A stretch of DNA of 64,000 nt. It comes from an uncultured Gemmatimonadaceae bacterium. Its GTDB lineage: Bacteria > Gemmatimonadota > Gemmatimonadetes > Gemmatimonadales > Gemmatimonadaceae. Shown here piece by piece: positions 1 to 12,092 of this stretch. The stretch's first letter is position 1, and the number at the start of each line of letters is the position of its first letter. The translations under genes and the position numbers were made by a program. Under the pieces are notes generated by a model. It saw nothing but the letters and a program-made list of their open reading frames with translations, did no database searches and was not told the DNA's origin. The stretch is from assembly GCA_963790305.1 (NCBI GenBank), contig CAWBOC010000009.1, positions 928,001 to 992,000 of the forward strand, given 5' to 3'.

Positions 1-471
1 AATAATCGCCGTGGCAATGAAGGCGGCGGCGAGGGACAGACGGCTGGCACGAATGCGGTCGTAACCGAGCCACCACCATGAGGTCTTGACGACGGCAACA
101 CCTGCCGCGGCTCCCAGTGTGTTGAAGACCAGATCGCCAACACTGGCATCGCGACCGGGAATGAGCGTCATTTGCGCGAATTCAACGGTGCCAGAGAGCG
201 CAGCGCCGAGCGCCAGCGCGGCAAGCGTGGACCGTCCAGTGAGGGCGGCCGCGGCGCCTAACGGCATGAACAGGATGACATTGACTATGGCATCGGCGAG
301 GCCGCGGTCTCCACAGATCAGGCAGCCAATGTTTCCACCGTCTCCGGTGGGCTGCATGGGGTACAGCGTTGCGACCAGCACAAGCGCCGCGGCTATGAAG
401 ATGAAGGCGCGTGCAACGCGGGAGCCGAGCGATCGGGGGTGCGCGTCGGACCTGGGCGTCGGGTCAGTCAC
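1..471 (-). CDS. VanZ family membrane protein (runs off left edge; absent from the ORF track)
   Basis: Manual translation from GTG at 471 gives ...DAIVNVILFMPLG...GTVEFAQMTLIPGRDASVGDLVFNTLGA..., matching VanZ motifs (N-x-x-LF-x-PLG, E-x-x-Q, PGR, D-L-x-x-N-T-L-G). No stop before base 1. Confidence 0.8.
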   Translation of the reverse strand, partial: MTDPTPRSDAHPRSLGSRVARAFIFIAAALVLVATLYPMQPTGDGGNIGCLICGDRGLADAIVNVILFMPLGAAAALTGRSTLAALALGAALSGTVEFAQMTLIPGRDASVGDLVFNTLGAAAGVAVVKTSWWWLGYDRIRASRLSLAAAFIATAII

Positions 472-510
472 CGCGGGTCGGTACGCTCACGACATACAGC
501 ACGCGATGCC

Positions 511-1741
511 ATGACATGGCAGTTGCGCGAACGGCCCCCGGAAACGCTGGTCATTTGTTCGGTTGATACCGAAGAGGACGACTGGGAGCCGCGGCGCGAT
601 GGCGTGACGGTCAACAACCTCGGCCAACTCCCGCGGCTGAGCGAATTGATGGGAGAGCTGAACGCCCCAGTGACGTACTTCGTCACGCACGCAGTCGCCG
701 CGGATGCTGCTTCGTGCAAGGCGCTGCGCAAGATGGTGGATGAGGGGAACAGTGAAATCGGAGCACACCTGCACCCCTGGAATACCCCTCCGCTGACGGA
801 GAGTATAAGCCCGCCGAATCTGATGCTCAACAACCTGCCGGCGTCCGTGCAGTTCGCGAAGTTGCGACAACTCACGGATCGGCTCGAGGATGCGTTTGGT
901 CAGGCGCCCGCTTCATTCCGCGCCGGCCGATCCGGATTAGGGTCGAGCACGATCGACGTGATCCGTCGTTGCGGCTACACCATCGATAGCAGCGTCATGC
1001 CGTTCTACGATCTGAGCTCGGTACACGGACCGACGTTTGTCGGAGCGCCCAACCGCGCGTACTGCATCGGCGAGAACGGCAACGCTCTGGAACCGCTGGA
1101 TGCGGGACCGGTTCTGGAGATTCCAGTCTCCTCGGCGTATAGCCGAGTGCCCGTTCGAGCTGTGGGATGCGATTCACAGGCGACTGGGATCACGGGTCGG
1201 GCGCGCGATCCGGCTGCCGGGCCTCGCGGCGCGCGCGGGGCTCCTCAGCAAGATCGCGTTAAAGCCTGAGCTCGAGAGCGTCAAGGATATGCTCCGCCTC
1301 TCCCGAACACTGATTGGACAGGGCAGCTCGCATTTGCAGATCATGTGGCACAGCCCCAGCCTGCTTCCGGGGACCTCGCCCTTCGTGCGCACTCCCGCGG
1401 AGCGTGATCGCTTGCTGGCGCGGATTCGTGGCTTTATCGAGGGGCTGCGGCAGATTGGCCCGATGCGTTTCGTCACGCTGAGCCAGGCCGCCAGGAGCCT
1501 GGCTCAGGAAGGCCCTGAGAGGCCCGTGGCCCCGTCTCACACCCCGGTAGCCGAATGTGTTGCGCTGGCGCGCCCGAGTGTTGCGCGGCGACCCAGGCTG
1601 AGGATCCCTGGGCACGAGGGCCGACACCGTAACCCCTATTGGCATATGTTGTTACGCGTCGTTAACCGGGACAGTTCCGCTGGTGCTGAGGGGGCACGTC
1701 GGTTGCCCCCACGCAGGTGCTGGCGCAGCCCGTCAGCCTGA
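511..1741 (+). CDS. Polysaccharide deacetylase family protein (WalW-like), apparent frameshift near 1150; true 3' end uncertain
   Basis: SVDTEED, EIGAHLHPW, FRAGR and DSSV motifs lie in ORF 439-1269. The protein continues in frame 1037-1741 (MWHSPSLLPGTSPFVRT). Confidence 0.75.
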
Positions 1742-1825
1742 GGCCGGCGGGATCTCTTCGACTGGCGTCCGCCGTATCTCGTAAACAGAGGGGACCGCGT
1801 GCCGCTGGGCGTCAACCAAGTTGGT

Positions 1826-2929
1826 ATGGCTACTCTCGACCCATTGCGGCGAACTCCCCGGACCGAAGCCCCCTCCCCTCGGAAAATCAAGGCTGAAAGC
1901 CTGCAGTCGATCCGGGTCGAAGAATTCCGCGGCGATGCCGCGGAGTGGGACGGGTACGTCCGACGCTCTGTACAGGGTACGTTCTGCCACCTGTCAGGCT
2001 GGCGCGAGATCATCACGGGCGTGCTCGGGCACGAGTGCCACTATTTCGTCGCCCGTGATGATTCGGGCGAATGCCAAGGCGTGCTTCCACTGGCTCGGGT
2101 TCGCAGCCGCCTGTTCGGCGATTACCTGCTCTCCATGCCGTTCCTGAACTACGGCGGGCCGATCGGCACGCCCGAAGCGGAGCAGCAGCTTGGTCGTCAT
2201 GCTCACCAGCTGGCGCAAGAGTTCAAGGTGAAACTGCTGGAGCTGCGGACTCGCCATCGGACACGCAGCGAGCTCCAGAGTGCAGATCGCAAGGTTACCG
2301 TTTTGCTGCCGTTGCCCGCTTCGGCCGAAGCGTTGATGGCGAAATTCCCCGGCAAGCTGCGGAGTCAGATCCGGCGGCCGATGAAGGAAGGCATGGAAGT
2401 TCGCTTTGGTGCGGACCAGCGTGACGCCTTCTATGCGGTTTTCGCGCGCAACATGCGCGATCTGGGAACCCCGGTTTTGCCTCGGCGCCTCTTCGATGAG
2501 CTCGCCCGCGTCTTTCCACGGGAAGTGGTCTTCTGTGCGGTTTATTACCAGGGCCAGCCTGTGGCCGCCGGTTGCGGTTTCGTTTGGGGGCAGGAGTTCG
2601 AGCTGACCTGGGCCTCGTCGTTGCGGGAGCACAGCCAGCGCGCGCCGAACATGCTGCTGTATTGGGGATTGATGCAGCACATGATTGAACGGGGCCTGGG
2701 CGTTTTCAACTTTGGACGCTGCACACCTGACGGCGGGACGCACCGCTTCAAGTTGCAGTGGGGCGGCGAAACCGTTCCGCTCCCCTGGCTGCAATGGTCG
2801 TCGACCGGTACCGCGGCTCCTCCGAGTCCCGACCGTCCGCTCTTCCAGATGGCAACACGCGTGTGGTCTCGCATGCCGCTCGCCATGGCCAACACGATCG
2901 GCCCTTTCCTGGCGCGCAGCCTACCATGA
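1826..2929 (+). CDS. FemAB-like GNAT, XrtA/PEP-CTERM system-associated
   Basis: SRLFG..LLSMPFLNYGG, YARNMRDLGTP-like (FARNMRDLGTPV), APNMLLYW and FNFGRCT..GT.RFK.QWG motifs. Confidence 0.85.
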   Translation: MATLDPLRRTPRTEAPSPRKIKAESLQSIRVEEFRGDAAEWDGYVRRSVQGTFCHLSGWREIITGVLGHECHYFVARDDSGECQGVLPLARVRSRLFGDYLLSMPFLNYGGPIGTPEAEQQLGRHAHQLAQEFKVKLLELRTRHRTRSELQSADRKVTVLLPLPASAEALMAKFPGKLRSQIRRPMKEGMEVRFGADQRDAFYAVFARNMRDLGTPVLPRRLFDELARVFPREVVFCAVYYQGQPVAAGCGFVWGQEFELTWASSLREHSQRAPNMLLYWGLMQHMIERGLGVFNFGRCTPDGGTHRFKLQWGGETVPLPWLQWSSTGTAAPPSPDRPLFQMATRVWSRMPLAMANTIGPFLARSLP

Positions 2930-2956
2930 TCCAGCTACGCTTGGCGTCGTCCTGAT

Positions 2957-4910
2957 ATGTGCGGATTCGCCGGACTACTGACGAGCGAGCGCTATCGTCA
3001 CGACGAGCTGCGCGCCATCACCCGTCGAATGGTGGACACGCTGATCCATCGTGGACCCGATTCGTCGGGCGAATGGGTGGACGCGCAGGCGGGCGTCGGA
3101 TTGGGTTTCCGGCGACTCGCCATCATCGATCTATCCGAGCACGGGCATCAGCCGATGATGTCCGCATCCGGTCGCTTCTGGATCACGTTCAACGGCGAGG
3201 TTTTCAATTTCGCCGCACTGCGTCAGGAGCTGGAGGCGGCCGGTGCGCGGTTTCGCGGCCATTCCGATACGGAGGTCATACTGGCGGCCTTCGAGCGCTG
3301 GGGGATTGAAGCCTCGGTCAAGCGCTTCATTGGCATGTTTGCCATGGCGGTGTGGGACACGCAGACGCGCAGCCTAACGTTGATTCGTGACCGCCTCGGC
3401 ATCAAGCCGCTCTTCATTTACAGTCACGGAGGATTGATCTCTTTCGGCTCGGAGCTGAAAGCGTTGCAGGCAGGTCCTGCGTTCGACCGTGCGCTCGACC
3501 GTCAGTCGCTCACGCAGTATTTGCGCTACCTCTACGTGGAAGCGCCGCGCTCGATCTTCCGGCATGTGACCAAGCTGCGGCCCGGGCACATGCTGACGCT
3601 CACCGACCCGACAGCCCCACTGCCCGAGTCGCAGGCCGTTCTGGACTCTCGAGGATGCATGGCAGCGCGGCGAGACCAATCGCTTCGTCGGTTCCGAGGA
3701 CGAAGCGCTCGATGCGTTGGATAGCCTGCTGAGCGATTCGGTTCGGCTGCGCCTGCAAGCGGATGTGCCGTTAGGTGCGCTCTTCTCCGGGGGGATCGAT
3801 TCGTCGACGGTGGTCGCGCTCATGCAGGAGCAGTCGCCGCGGCCGGTGAAGACATTCACGTGCGCGTTCAATGCGGCGGAGCACAACGAGGCGCACCATG
3901 CGGCGCGGCTGGCCAAGCACCTGGGGACGGATCACACGGAGCTGATGGTCACCGGTGAGGATGCGCTTTCGGTCGTGCCGAAGCTCGCCGAATTGTTCGA
4001 TGAGCCCCATGCCGACACCGCGCAGATTCCGGCGTACCTGGTGTGCGCGCTGGCGCGTCGCGACGTGACCGTCGCGCTCTCTGGTGATGGCGGCGATGAG
4101 GTTTTCGGCGGCTACAACCGGTACGCGTACGGCGCGCGCCTGTTGCCACGAATTCAGCGCATGCCCGCACCCGCGCGTCGATTGGTTGCCAGCGGGATCG
4201 GCCTGTTTTCTTCAGACTCGCTCGCGCGCGCACACCAGCGGATGACGCCCGTACTGCCGCTGGCGCTTCGTCAGCGTCTCGCCGGCGAAAAGCTCATGAA
4301 GGTCGGGCACGTGATGGGTCGTGACGGCGATGCCGACATGTATCGCTCGCTGGTTTCCGCCTGGCAGGAACCAGATCGGCTGGTGATCGGCGGACATGAG
4401 GCATCTTCAGCGGTAGACCGCGTGCTCTCGCAACCATGGCCGCCCCGCTTGATCGATCGCATGATGTACGCCGATCAGCTCGGCTATTTGCCGGACGATC
4501 AGCTCGCGAAGATCGATCGCGTCAGCATGGGTGTCAGCCTCGAGGTTCGTGTTCCCTTGCTCGACCATCGGATCGTCGAGTTCGCCTCGACCTTGCCCAC
4601 GCGATTCAAGGTCGCGAACGGCAAAGGGAAGCTGATTCTTCGGCGGGTCCTGTACCGTCGTGTTCCGCAGGAGCTGGTCGAGCGACCGAAGATGGGATTC
4701 TCGGTTCCGCTCGCTCAATGGCTGCGCGGGCCGCTGCGTCAGTGGTCGGAGGATCTGCTCTCGGAGGATGCACTTCGCCGCGACGAGATTCTGCAGGTCG
4801 AGCCGATCCGTCGGAGCTGGAAATCCTTCCTCGAGGGCCGCGGCGAGAACGCGCTCGGTCTCTGGTCCGTTCTGGTTTTCCAGGCGTGGCGCCAGCGTTG
4901 GCTCTCGTGA
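2957..4910 (+). CDS. asnB: Asparagine synthase (glutamine-hydrolysing) / EPS amidotransferase, apparent frameshift near 3635
   Basis: N-terminal MCGFAG Ntn cysteine, HRGPD, FNGEVFN and RDRLGIKPL. The second frame has SGGIDSS, LSGDGGDE, DRVSM..SLEVRVPLLD and RPKMGF. Confidence 0.9.
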
Positions 4911-4920
4911 GGCCTCTCGT

Positions 4921-6030
4921 TCAGGCAACGGCCTCCAGGTAGACAGCCTCATAACGCCGAGTCATCGCGTCGGCGCTGTAGCTCGCTTCAAAGGTCCGCC
5001 GTGCGGTCTGGCTGTAGTTCCTTCTCAGCTCCGGTTGCGCAAGCACGTGCGCCAGCTCCGCGGCGAGGGCGTCGGGATCGCGAGCCGGCACCAGCGACCC
5101 GTTCTCTCGATGGCGAATCACCTTGCCGACGCCACCAACGTCCGAAGCGACCACGGGCGTGCCGGCGGCGAATGCCTCGAGCAACGCCATGGGCAGGCCT
5201 TCCCATATCGACGGCATCACGAACACGTCGAAGGCGCGCACCAGCTCAGGCATGTCCAGGCGCATGCCGAGGAAATGCACAGCGCTGGCAATGCCCAGCT
5301 CCCCCGCCGCTCGCTTCAGATAGTCGTCTTGATCACCCGTCCCTGCGATGACGACCTGCAAACCGGGATACTGCTCGCGCAGCCGTGGTACGGCCTGGAG
5401 CAGATAGATCGCACCCTTCTGCTCCGTCAACCTCGCGGCCAGCCCAATGACGGGACCACTGGATAGACCAAGAGCAGCTCGCTTTGCGGCCACGTCGACG
5501 GGCTGCGTGAAGCGCTCACCATCAATGCCGTTAGGTATGACGGTGATCCGGGAGGGTGAGATCTTCTCGTAGTGGACGAGGTTTTTCTTGGTGTCATCCG
5601 ACACCGCGACGATCTTATCGAGAAAATAGGACGCGACATGTTCGGCGATCATGTAGCGGAGCTTGTCCGGGAAGCTGCGCGCATGGTCCGTGTGTACATG
5701 TCCGCGCACGCCGGTCAATCGCGCTGCCGCGAAGGCATCGAATAGCGGGAGCGTGTTGTGGGTGTGAAACAGGTCGATACGCCGCTTGCGTGCTTCACGC
5801 GCCACTTTCCGGAACGCGAAGTAGTCTCCCTTCCCGGGCGCGCCGCCGATGTCGATGACCTCGACCCCCAGCTGCGTCAATTCCGGCTCGAGCTCTCCGC
5901 TGCCGCGCAGAACCAGAACGGACGGCTCGAAGCGACTGCGGTCAATGGTGCGGCATATCGTCACGACAACGCGCTCGAGACCGCCGACGCCAAGGTCTTC
6001 GATCACGTGCATCAAGCGGATCTTGTTCAT
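4921..6030 (-). CDS. Glycosyltransferase family 4
   Basis: GGLERVV, IPNGID and PSIWEGLPMALLEA..AGTPVVASDVGG (EX7E motif). Confidence 0.9.
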   Translation of the reverse strand: MNKIRLMHVIEDLGVGGLERVVVTICRTIDRSRFEPSVLVLRGSGELEPELTQLGVEVIDIGGAPGKGDYFAFRKVAREARKRRIDLFHTHNTLPLFDAFAAARLTGVRGHVHTDHARSFPDKLRYMIAEHVASYFLDKIVAVSDDTKKNLVHYEKISPSRITVIPNGIDGERFTQPVDVAAKRAALGLSSGPVIGLAARLTEQKGAIYLLQAVPRLREQYPGLQVVIAGTGDQDDYLKRAAGELGIASAVHFLGMRLDMPELVRAFDVFVMPSIWEGLPMALLEAFAAGTPVVASDVGGVGKVIRHRENGSLVPARDPDALAAELAHVLAQPELRRNYSQTARRTFEASYSADAMTRRYEAVYLEAVA

Positions 6031-6159
6031 CTACCGGATCTGGGTTGATCGAAGCATCGCATGATGCATGAAAAGAGGTCCCGGTTGCCCAGGGCCTCTC
6101 CTCGCCGTTGGAGCCAGTGCGAACGATTCAGCGCCGCCGGATTCTATCGGTGCGTTGCG

Positions 6160-7505
6160 CTAGTGGGCAGCGCGCGATGAGCGGACGTGGTTCACGATCT
6201 CGCGCGCTTGCGCCTTGCCGATGATCTCGCTGGCAACCGGCTCAATGTGATAGTCGGTCCGGTTAAAGAGACGTTCCTTCCCTTGATACTCCCGCAGACG
6301 AGGCAGATTGTCGACGAAGACCCAGCCGCTTTCCACTGCCATGCGTTTCAGCGTCTGGTAGAGCTCGAGCTCTTCGGCAACACCGGACTCGTAGGTGATC
6401 GGCAGTTTGCCGATGACTTCGAGGAACGCGGGGTCGACGGGCGTCCGATTCACCAGCTGATAGGAGGGCACAGGGCTCATGACCAGCAGCCGGTTCGGAT
6501 TCTGCTGCCGAACGAGCTCGAGCAGCGCCTTCACGCGCCGGACACTCTCCTCGCGGCTGCCGGGGAAACGATAGAAGAAGAGCTGCTGATTGAGCATTTG
6601 CGCCGAGAAGGCATGCGGATACTCCACGCTATCGGAAGCAGCCTTGCGCAGGTCATTCATGTATCCGCCGACTGCGAGGACGCCTGCCTTTTGGCTCGAT
6701 GCGACGTCACGCAGATAGTGCACGCGCAGCAGGACCCGCCGGAGGCCGGTTTTCTGGTACGCTGATTCCATGAGGAAGAGCACTCGGCTGTCGCGCTTCT
6801 TCTGCGGCGAATCGAGTTGGTACCACACCGGGTCGGCAATGCGGTATCCGTCGCCTTCAGCCTCGAAATAGGGCCGGTCATCGACTCGTAACATGTCATA
6901 GAAGTCGTTGCCGGTGTAGAGATTCAGGACGAACGCGTCGGCAGAGTACCGCTGCATGGGCTCGCGGACGGCCAGGTACGCCTGCAGCGGCGAGTACTTG
7001 CCTGCGCCAAAGGCGAACACGGCGCTTTTCAACGCCAATGCGTTCAGCTCGCGCTCCATCACGCCGAAATGGACCTTGTCATTCGGCTCGCAAAGATCGG
7101 TATGTGAATCGCCACCGACTGCGACCTTGAACGCCCTGAGTTCTGCCGCAGCTCCTGCGCGGAATGCGGAGTGCGAATGCCATCTTCATTTCGCGTGAAG
7201 ACGACGGTCTGCTTCGTCGCGAGACTTGGACAGCTCGCCTCGACCATCCTGCCAGTAGCACGCGCCGAGACCCAGCCGACGGTGGGATGACCGTAGTTGT
7301 ATCTCGGCGGGAACAGGTTCATCGCAATCAATACGCGGTCGACGGCGACTAACGTGAGCGCCGTAACCAGGGCGTACACCAACAAACCGATCGCGATGCG
7401 TTTCGCCTTGCCTCTCGTCTGAGCGCGCGGCTTGCCGTCATCATGCGGCGTTGCCCGTGCATGCACGGGGGGGCTCATCCCGATGGACGTTTTCTCCATG
7501 TCCAA
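6160..7505 (-). CDS. Membrane-anchored SGNH/AlgX-like protein, apparent frameshift near 7135
   Basis: An N-terminal TM helix lies in ORF 7059-7505. The shifted frame reads KVAVGGDSHTD...GAGKYSPLQ...YTGNDFYD...TDYH (GDS, GND and DxH blocks). Confidence 0.7.
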
Positions 7506-8993
7506 TCAGCCAGCCATCGGCCTTTGAGCCGGAAGACCGCCACGCTGCCGGGTCCTGGGGATTGAAGCGGTTCCATGTCGACCAGGCTCCGACTCCACGG
7601 CCTGGACCTCCTCTCGAGGAGCCCTCTGCATCTCCTTGTGCACCAGCAGGTGCAGGCCGCCCAGATACGCGAAGATCACATATGGGACGATCGTGTATGC
7701 GTGCGACAGGAAGAGCGAGGTTACTGCGAAGCCCAGGAAGGACATCGGAAGAAAGAGGCAGGCGTCGCTCAAGAACTTCCGCTCGGCACTCTCGTATTCC
7801 CATGAGGTAGGGAGGCGTCTCCGCAGGCGCCATAGCCCCGCGGTCCCGCCCAGCAGCAGGGAGAGCCAGATCATCAGGGCGGGAATTCCCATCTCCGCCC
7901 CCACGTTGACGTACGTGTTGTGAGGCGCGATCCACTCCACCGACAAGCCCTCGCTCATCCGTGCGCTTGCGATGGGGGATATCGTTCCTTCCGCTCGCGG
8001 AAAATTCGCGACGCCAACGCCAAAGAGCGGGCGGCCTAACATGTAGCCGAGACCCCGCTTGGCGATTCCCTTGCGCCCGTACTCCACCGAGTAGTTGTAG
8101 TCCTCCTTCAAATTCAACAGCGTGCTCATCTGCTTCCAGTAGCCCTCCGGCGCGGCAAAGAAGAGCCCGGCCGCCACGGCAACCAGGATGCACACACGCT
8201 TGACCACGGAAATGCGGCGAAGGGTGATGAAGATGGTAATACCGACCACGACCAGGCCGATCATCGCTCCACGCGAGCCGGTCAGAGCGATCGTGACCGG
8301 GATTCCAATCATGGTGGCGAGGCTGAGCATGCGGGTGAGCCGCTTGCCGTTGAAGAAAAAAAGAAGAGAGAGCGGCAGCGCCATCACCAGGATCATTCCG
8401 AGGTCATTCGCGTCAAACATCCCCTGCCCGCCCCCGAGTCGCCCCAAACCCTCTCGCGTGATCTCGAGATCGAGGACCGTCTGGGCCAGCACGACGAGCA
8501 CCCCGACGCTGGCCACAAAGGACCACATCAGCAACGCAAGATCGTGGACGTTCCGAATCGCGATGACGATCAGGAAGAAGAAGATCAGGTTCCTGCTGTA
8601 CACGTTCAGGATGTAGCTCGCCGAACCGCCGAGGGAGAGACCGAAAAGCGCCGAGCCGCAGGCCAGAACGAAGAAAACGATGACCCATTTGGACGTGTAC
8701 GACGCCTTCATGTTCTTCCACGAAACCAGCGTTGGCTTCAGCAATGCCAACAGAACAGCGAGCGCCAGAAAGGTCATGCCGGGTCGGAGCAGGCGGACCG
8801 GACCCATGTACATCTGGATCGCGGCGATGTTGATCATCATGATGCTGAAGAGGCAGATCCGAACCACGTCCGCCGTCGGCGTGAGCGAAATACGCAACGC
8901 AGCGGCAGCGAGGGGATTCCCCCGAGTCCGCTGGGACTGACGGCGGTTCGGCCTCAATGCATCACGGGGCACGCTTATCGGTCCGCTGTTCAA
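7506..8993 (-). CDS. O-antigen ligase / Wzy polymerase family protein
   Basis: Many TM helices; DANDLG, TGSRGA, PLFGVG and PHNTYVNVGAEMG motifs. Confidence 0.85.
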   Translation of the reverse strand: MNSGPISVPRDALRPNRRQSQRTRGNPLAAAALRISLTPTADVVRICLFSIMMINIAAIQMYMGPVRLLRPGMTFLALAVLLALLKPTLVSWKNMKASYTSKWVIVFFVLACGSALFGLSLGGSASYILNVYSRNLIFFFLIVIAIRNVHDLALLMWSFVASVGVLVVLAQTVLDLEITREGLGRLGGGQGMFDANDLGMILVMALPLSLLFFFNGKRLTRMLSLATMIGIPVTIALTGSRGAMIGLVVVGITIFITLRRISVVKRVCILVAVAAGLFFAAPEGYWKQMSTLLNLKEDYNYSVEYGRKGIAKRGLGYMLGRPLFGVGVANFPRAEGTISPIASARMSEGLSVEWIAPHNTYVNVGAEMGIPALMIWLSLLLGGTAGLWRLRRRLPTSWEYESAERKFLSDACLFLPMSFLGFAVTSLFLSHAYTIVPYVIFAYLGGLHLLVHKEMQRAPREEVQAVESEPGRHGTASIPRTRQRGGLPAQRPMAG

Positions 8994-9002
8994 AGTCGCG
9001 AC

Positions 9003-10187
9003 TCAAACGTGGCGCTGTGTTCTGACCCACGGCTGATCGCCGAGCATGCGCAGCGCCGACAGCTGAAGCCAAAGACGCCACACCGCGTAGAAGGGCAGGA
9101 ACGCGAATGCGCTCAGAGCACGAAGCGGCGACGGATCGACCAGAATCGCGACGGCCGTGTACAGCGCCAGTCGCACAATGGAAGCGGCCAGCGCGATGCT
9201 GAGCCACGCAGCGCCGGGGACGTTCAGCAAGAGCGTGATGGCGACCAGACCGGCGACGCCAGCGAGGTGAACCGCTGGTCCAACGCTGAGCAGCTCGGCC
9301 ATGGCGTCGAGCTTCTGATGGAAGCTGATCTTCTTGCTCGTCAGAAGCGGCAATGCCACACTGCCGAGAAGGCTCATCTTTCCCGCAGCCCAACGTCGCC
9401 GTTGTGATGCGCTCTGCCCCAGCGAACGGGCTTCCTGAGAGTAGAGGCGTGCCTCGAGACAGGCTTCGATGGGTACGCCGCGCTCGGTCAGCTGGGCGTA
9501 GACCTCCCAGTCCTCGCAAATCGAGAACGCGGTCCAGCCTCGCTCGGCCAACACATCGGTGCCGACGCACATGCCGTTTCCCATGAGCGGCAGGTTGATA
9601 CCAGCCGCTGATTTCAGCCGAAACTGCAGCGCGTAGCGAATCGTGGTGAAGACCGCGCCCATGCGTGTCAGTGCACTATCGCCCGGATTACGAATGCCGT
9701 TGTACGGTTGAACCGCCTTGGTCCGTAGATTCGGCACCCGCGCAATGTGAGCGGCGAAGTCGGCGTCGACGACCGTGTCCGCGTCGATGATGATCACCGC
9801 ATCGTACGACCGATAATCGATTTGATCCAACGCCCACGCGATGGCGCGGGGCTTCCCCTTCCGCTCGAGGTCAGTCCGCTCCAGGCAGAGAGCTCCGGCG
9901 GACCGGGCGACCGTGGCCGTCGCATCCGTGCAGTTATCGGCAATGACCACCACCGACAACTGGGAGCTGGGGTAGCGCTGCGAACACAGGGAGCGGACGC
10001 AAGGCTCCAGCAAGAGCTCTTCGTTGTGCGCGGGGATGAATACCAGAAGCCGCGCGTCACCCCTCGCGCACGCCCGGGTGCGGTTCGGCCACAGGGCCAG
10101 CCGGATCACGCACAGCAAGTCGGAAAGTGCCGGGAGCAACAGGGCGGTTGCCAGGACGCCAAGCAGAATCGTCACAACGATCATCAT
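9003..10187 (-). CDS. Glycosyltransferase family 2 (membrane)
   Basis: IPAHNEE, ADNCTD, DADT, ED and QRRRW (D,D,D,QxxRW pattern). Confidence 0.88.
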   Translation of the reverse strand: MMIVVTILLGVLATALLLPALSDLLCVIRLALWPNRTRACARGDARLLVFIPAHNEELLLEPCVRSLCSQRYPSSQLSVVVIADNCTDATATVARSAGALCLERTDLERKGKPRAIAWALDQIDYRSYDAVIIIDADTVVDADFAAHIARVPNLRTKAVQPYNGIRNPGDSALTRMGAVFTTIRYALQFRLKSAAGINLPLMGNGMCVGTDVLAERGWTAFSICEDWEVYAQLTERGVPIEACLEARLYSQEARSLGQSASQRRRWAAGKMSLLGSVALPLLTSKKISFHQKLDAMAELLSVGPAVHLAGVAGLVAITLLLNVPGAAWLSIALAASIVRLALYTAVAILVDPSPLRALSAFAFLPFYAVWRLWLQLSALRMLGDQPWVRTQRHV

Positions 10188-10486
10188 CGATCTTCTGAAC
10201 CTTCAGTTTTTCCGGGAGAATGCGATGGTGTTGAGCACCCGTTCGGTACGCACTCCGTGGGCCCGCCATCCCTGGCCGCAACCAGTTGAAGCACCGCCTG
10301 CGCCCTGCGACTAAGACCGCCTGGCGTAACGACTTACGGGCGTTGGAATGAGCCTGCCCGAACTGAGCGAAGCAGACCTATGTTGCGTGCGCGCCTCACC
10401 ATGGCGCAGACGGGACACCAATGGGAGCTCCGCACGGAGCGCCAGGCCACTGATTTCTCATGCGGCACACCTCGAGCTGCCCACGA

Positions 10487-11692
10487 TCACTGTTCAGGAG
10501 ATGCCAGCGTGACGGGGCGGTGCGTGGTCAGGTCGAGCCCGATCGTTTCATAGATATGCTTAGCCACGTGCTCGGCCAGCATTTCGTTGGCGCTCGGCGT
10601 GAGGTGGGCGTAGTCGGTAAAGACCTGGCCCTTGGCGTCTCTGAAAATGGGCGTCGCATCGACGAACGTGGCGCCGAATTTCTCTACCGTGCTGCGCTCG
10701 AGGTCACGCACGATCGGCACGGCCCGCAGCATGAACTCTTCGTAGTTCGGCAGGTACGACTCCCGGTTGAATTCGAACATTTTCCCCTCGATCTCCGGCA
10801 TCCCGGGACGCCCCCGCTCCATGATGAGCATTGGCTGCAGCGCGAAGACGGCGTGCACCTTTTCCTGCTGCAGGAGCATTGCAATACGCTCCACCATCTT
10901 GAGCGCGTTCTTTGGGTAGACCTCCTGCAACCCGGCAATGGCGGAGTCGACCTGAATCGGTTCGCGGTTGGGCCGGTGGAAGAGCTGCTTGACGACCCGC
11001 GCCTCCCGAAGCGCAACATGTGCGAAGGCGCTCTTGCGCCCCAGCCACCAGAAATTCACGTAGAACAGGGAGCCTAACGTGGGATCTCCCATGATGGTAC
11101 GTGAGTGCTCCTGATAGGCGTAGCTCAGGAACTGGTCGTGCCCTCGCCCGTAGAAATAGAAGTCATTGTAGCCGTCGAGCAGGATGACCATGTCCGGGCT
11201 GTACTTCAGGACCGTCTGGTTCAGATAGATCAGATGATGGTGCGTCCAAATGCTGGGGATGGCGGCGTTGATTACCTCGAACCGCGTTCCCGGAAAGCGA
11301 GCAGTAAGCTGCCGCTCCAGATAGGCATCAATGGTCTCGGAATTCTTGAGCACCTCGTACTGCTTCTGGATGTGCGGCCAGACACCGCCCAGGCCGTACG
11401 CTGTGGAACCGCCCATGAGGAAAATGCGGTACGTCCCCGGTGGCTTCGTCCGCACAACGTCTGAGCTCCGCCGAAACCCTTGCGCGTTGTGAGTGATGCC
11501 GCGGGAGTCAACGTAGCTGGGCGTCGGCGTGATGTTCTTGTAGGGGTCGAACTCGTACTGAAGCAGCTTCCCGCCCGTGTACCCCTTGAACTGATGGAGG
11601 TAAATGCGAGCCGCCCCCTCGGCCAACCCAGCGAACACAGCCAGGAGCAGGAGCGAAAAAAGAAGCTTCTTGCGGGTAGAAAGTTGCGTCAT
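10487..11692 (-). CDS. Membrane-anchored SGNH/GDSL hydrolase family protein
   Basis: N-terminal TM helix; MGGSTAYG, EVINAA, DGYND and DYAH. Confidence 0.8.
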   Translation of the reverse strand: MTQLSTRKKLLFSLLLLAVFAGLAEGAARIYLHQFKGYTGGKLLQYEFDPYKNITPTPSYVDSRGITHNAQGFRRSSDVVRTKPPGTYRIFLMGGSTAYGLGGVWPHIQKQYEVLKNSETIDAYLERQLTARFPGTRFEVINAAIPSIWTHHHLIYLNQTVLKYSPDMVILLDGYNDFYFYGRGHDQFLSYAYQEHSRTIMGDPTLGSLFYVNFWWLGRKSAFAHVALREARVVKQLFHRPNREPIQVDSAIAGLQEVYPKNALKMVERIAMLLQQEKVHAVFALQPMLIMERGRPGMPEIEGKMFEFNRESYLPNYEEFMLRAVPIVRDLERSTVEKFGATFVDATPIFRDAKGQVFTDYAHLTPSANEMLAEHVAKHIYETIGLDLTTHRPVTLASPEQ

Positions 11693-12092
11693 GCTTGCCG
11701 TAGACCGCGGAGTTGATCGTGATCAAACAAACGGCTCTATCGAGCCGGGCCGATCGAACGCAACGCGTATGCCCTATCCACAGGGGCCGCCGAACCCCCA
11801 CTTGATGGCTGTAGACCATTCTACAGCACCATCTTTCCGACGCGTCCAATGGTTTCGGCGCACGCCTCGTTTCCCACCTGTTGCATGGTCGCGCCATAAA
11901 TCCCCGGGCCTGATGTTCAACCGCAACAGGACTGACTCGCCAACACCGCGTTGCGTATAGTTTCCCCGTCAAAAACAAGCTGGCGGGACGGTCCGATCAC
12001 CGGGGTTCCGAGCCTCAATGTTGCTATGACGCCAGCGCTGGCCTGCCTGGTTAGAGCCTCACCGTTTCCATCTCACACGCTTGTCATTCGCA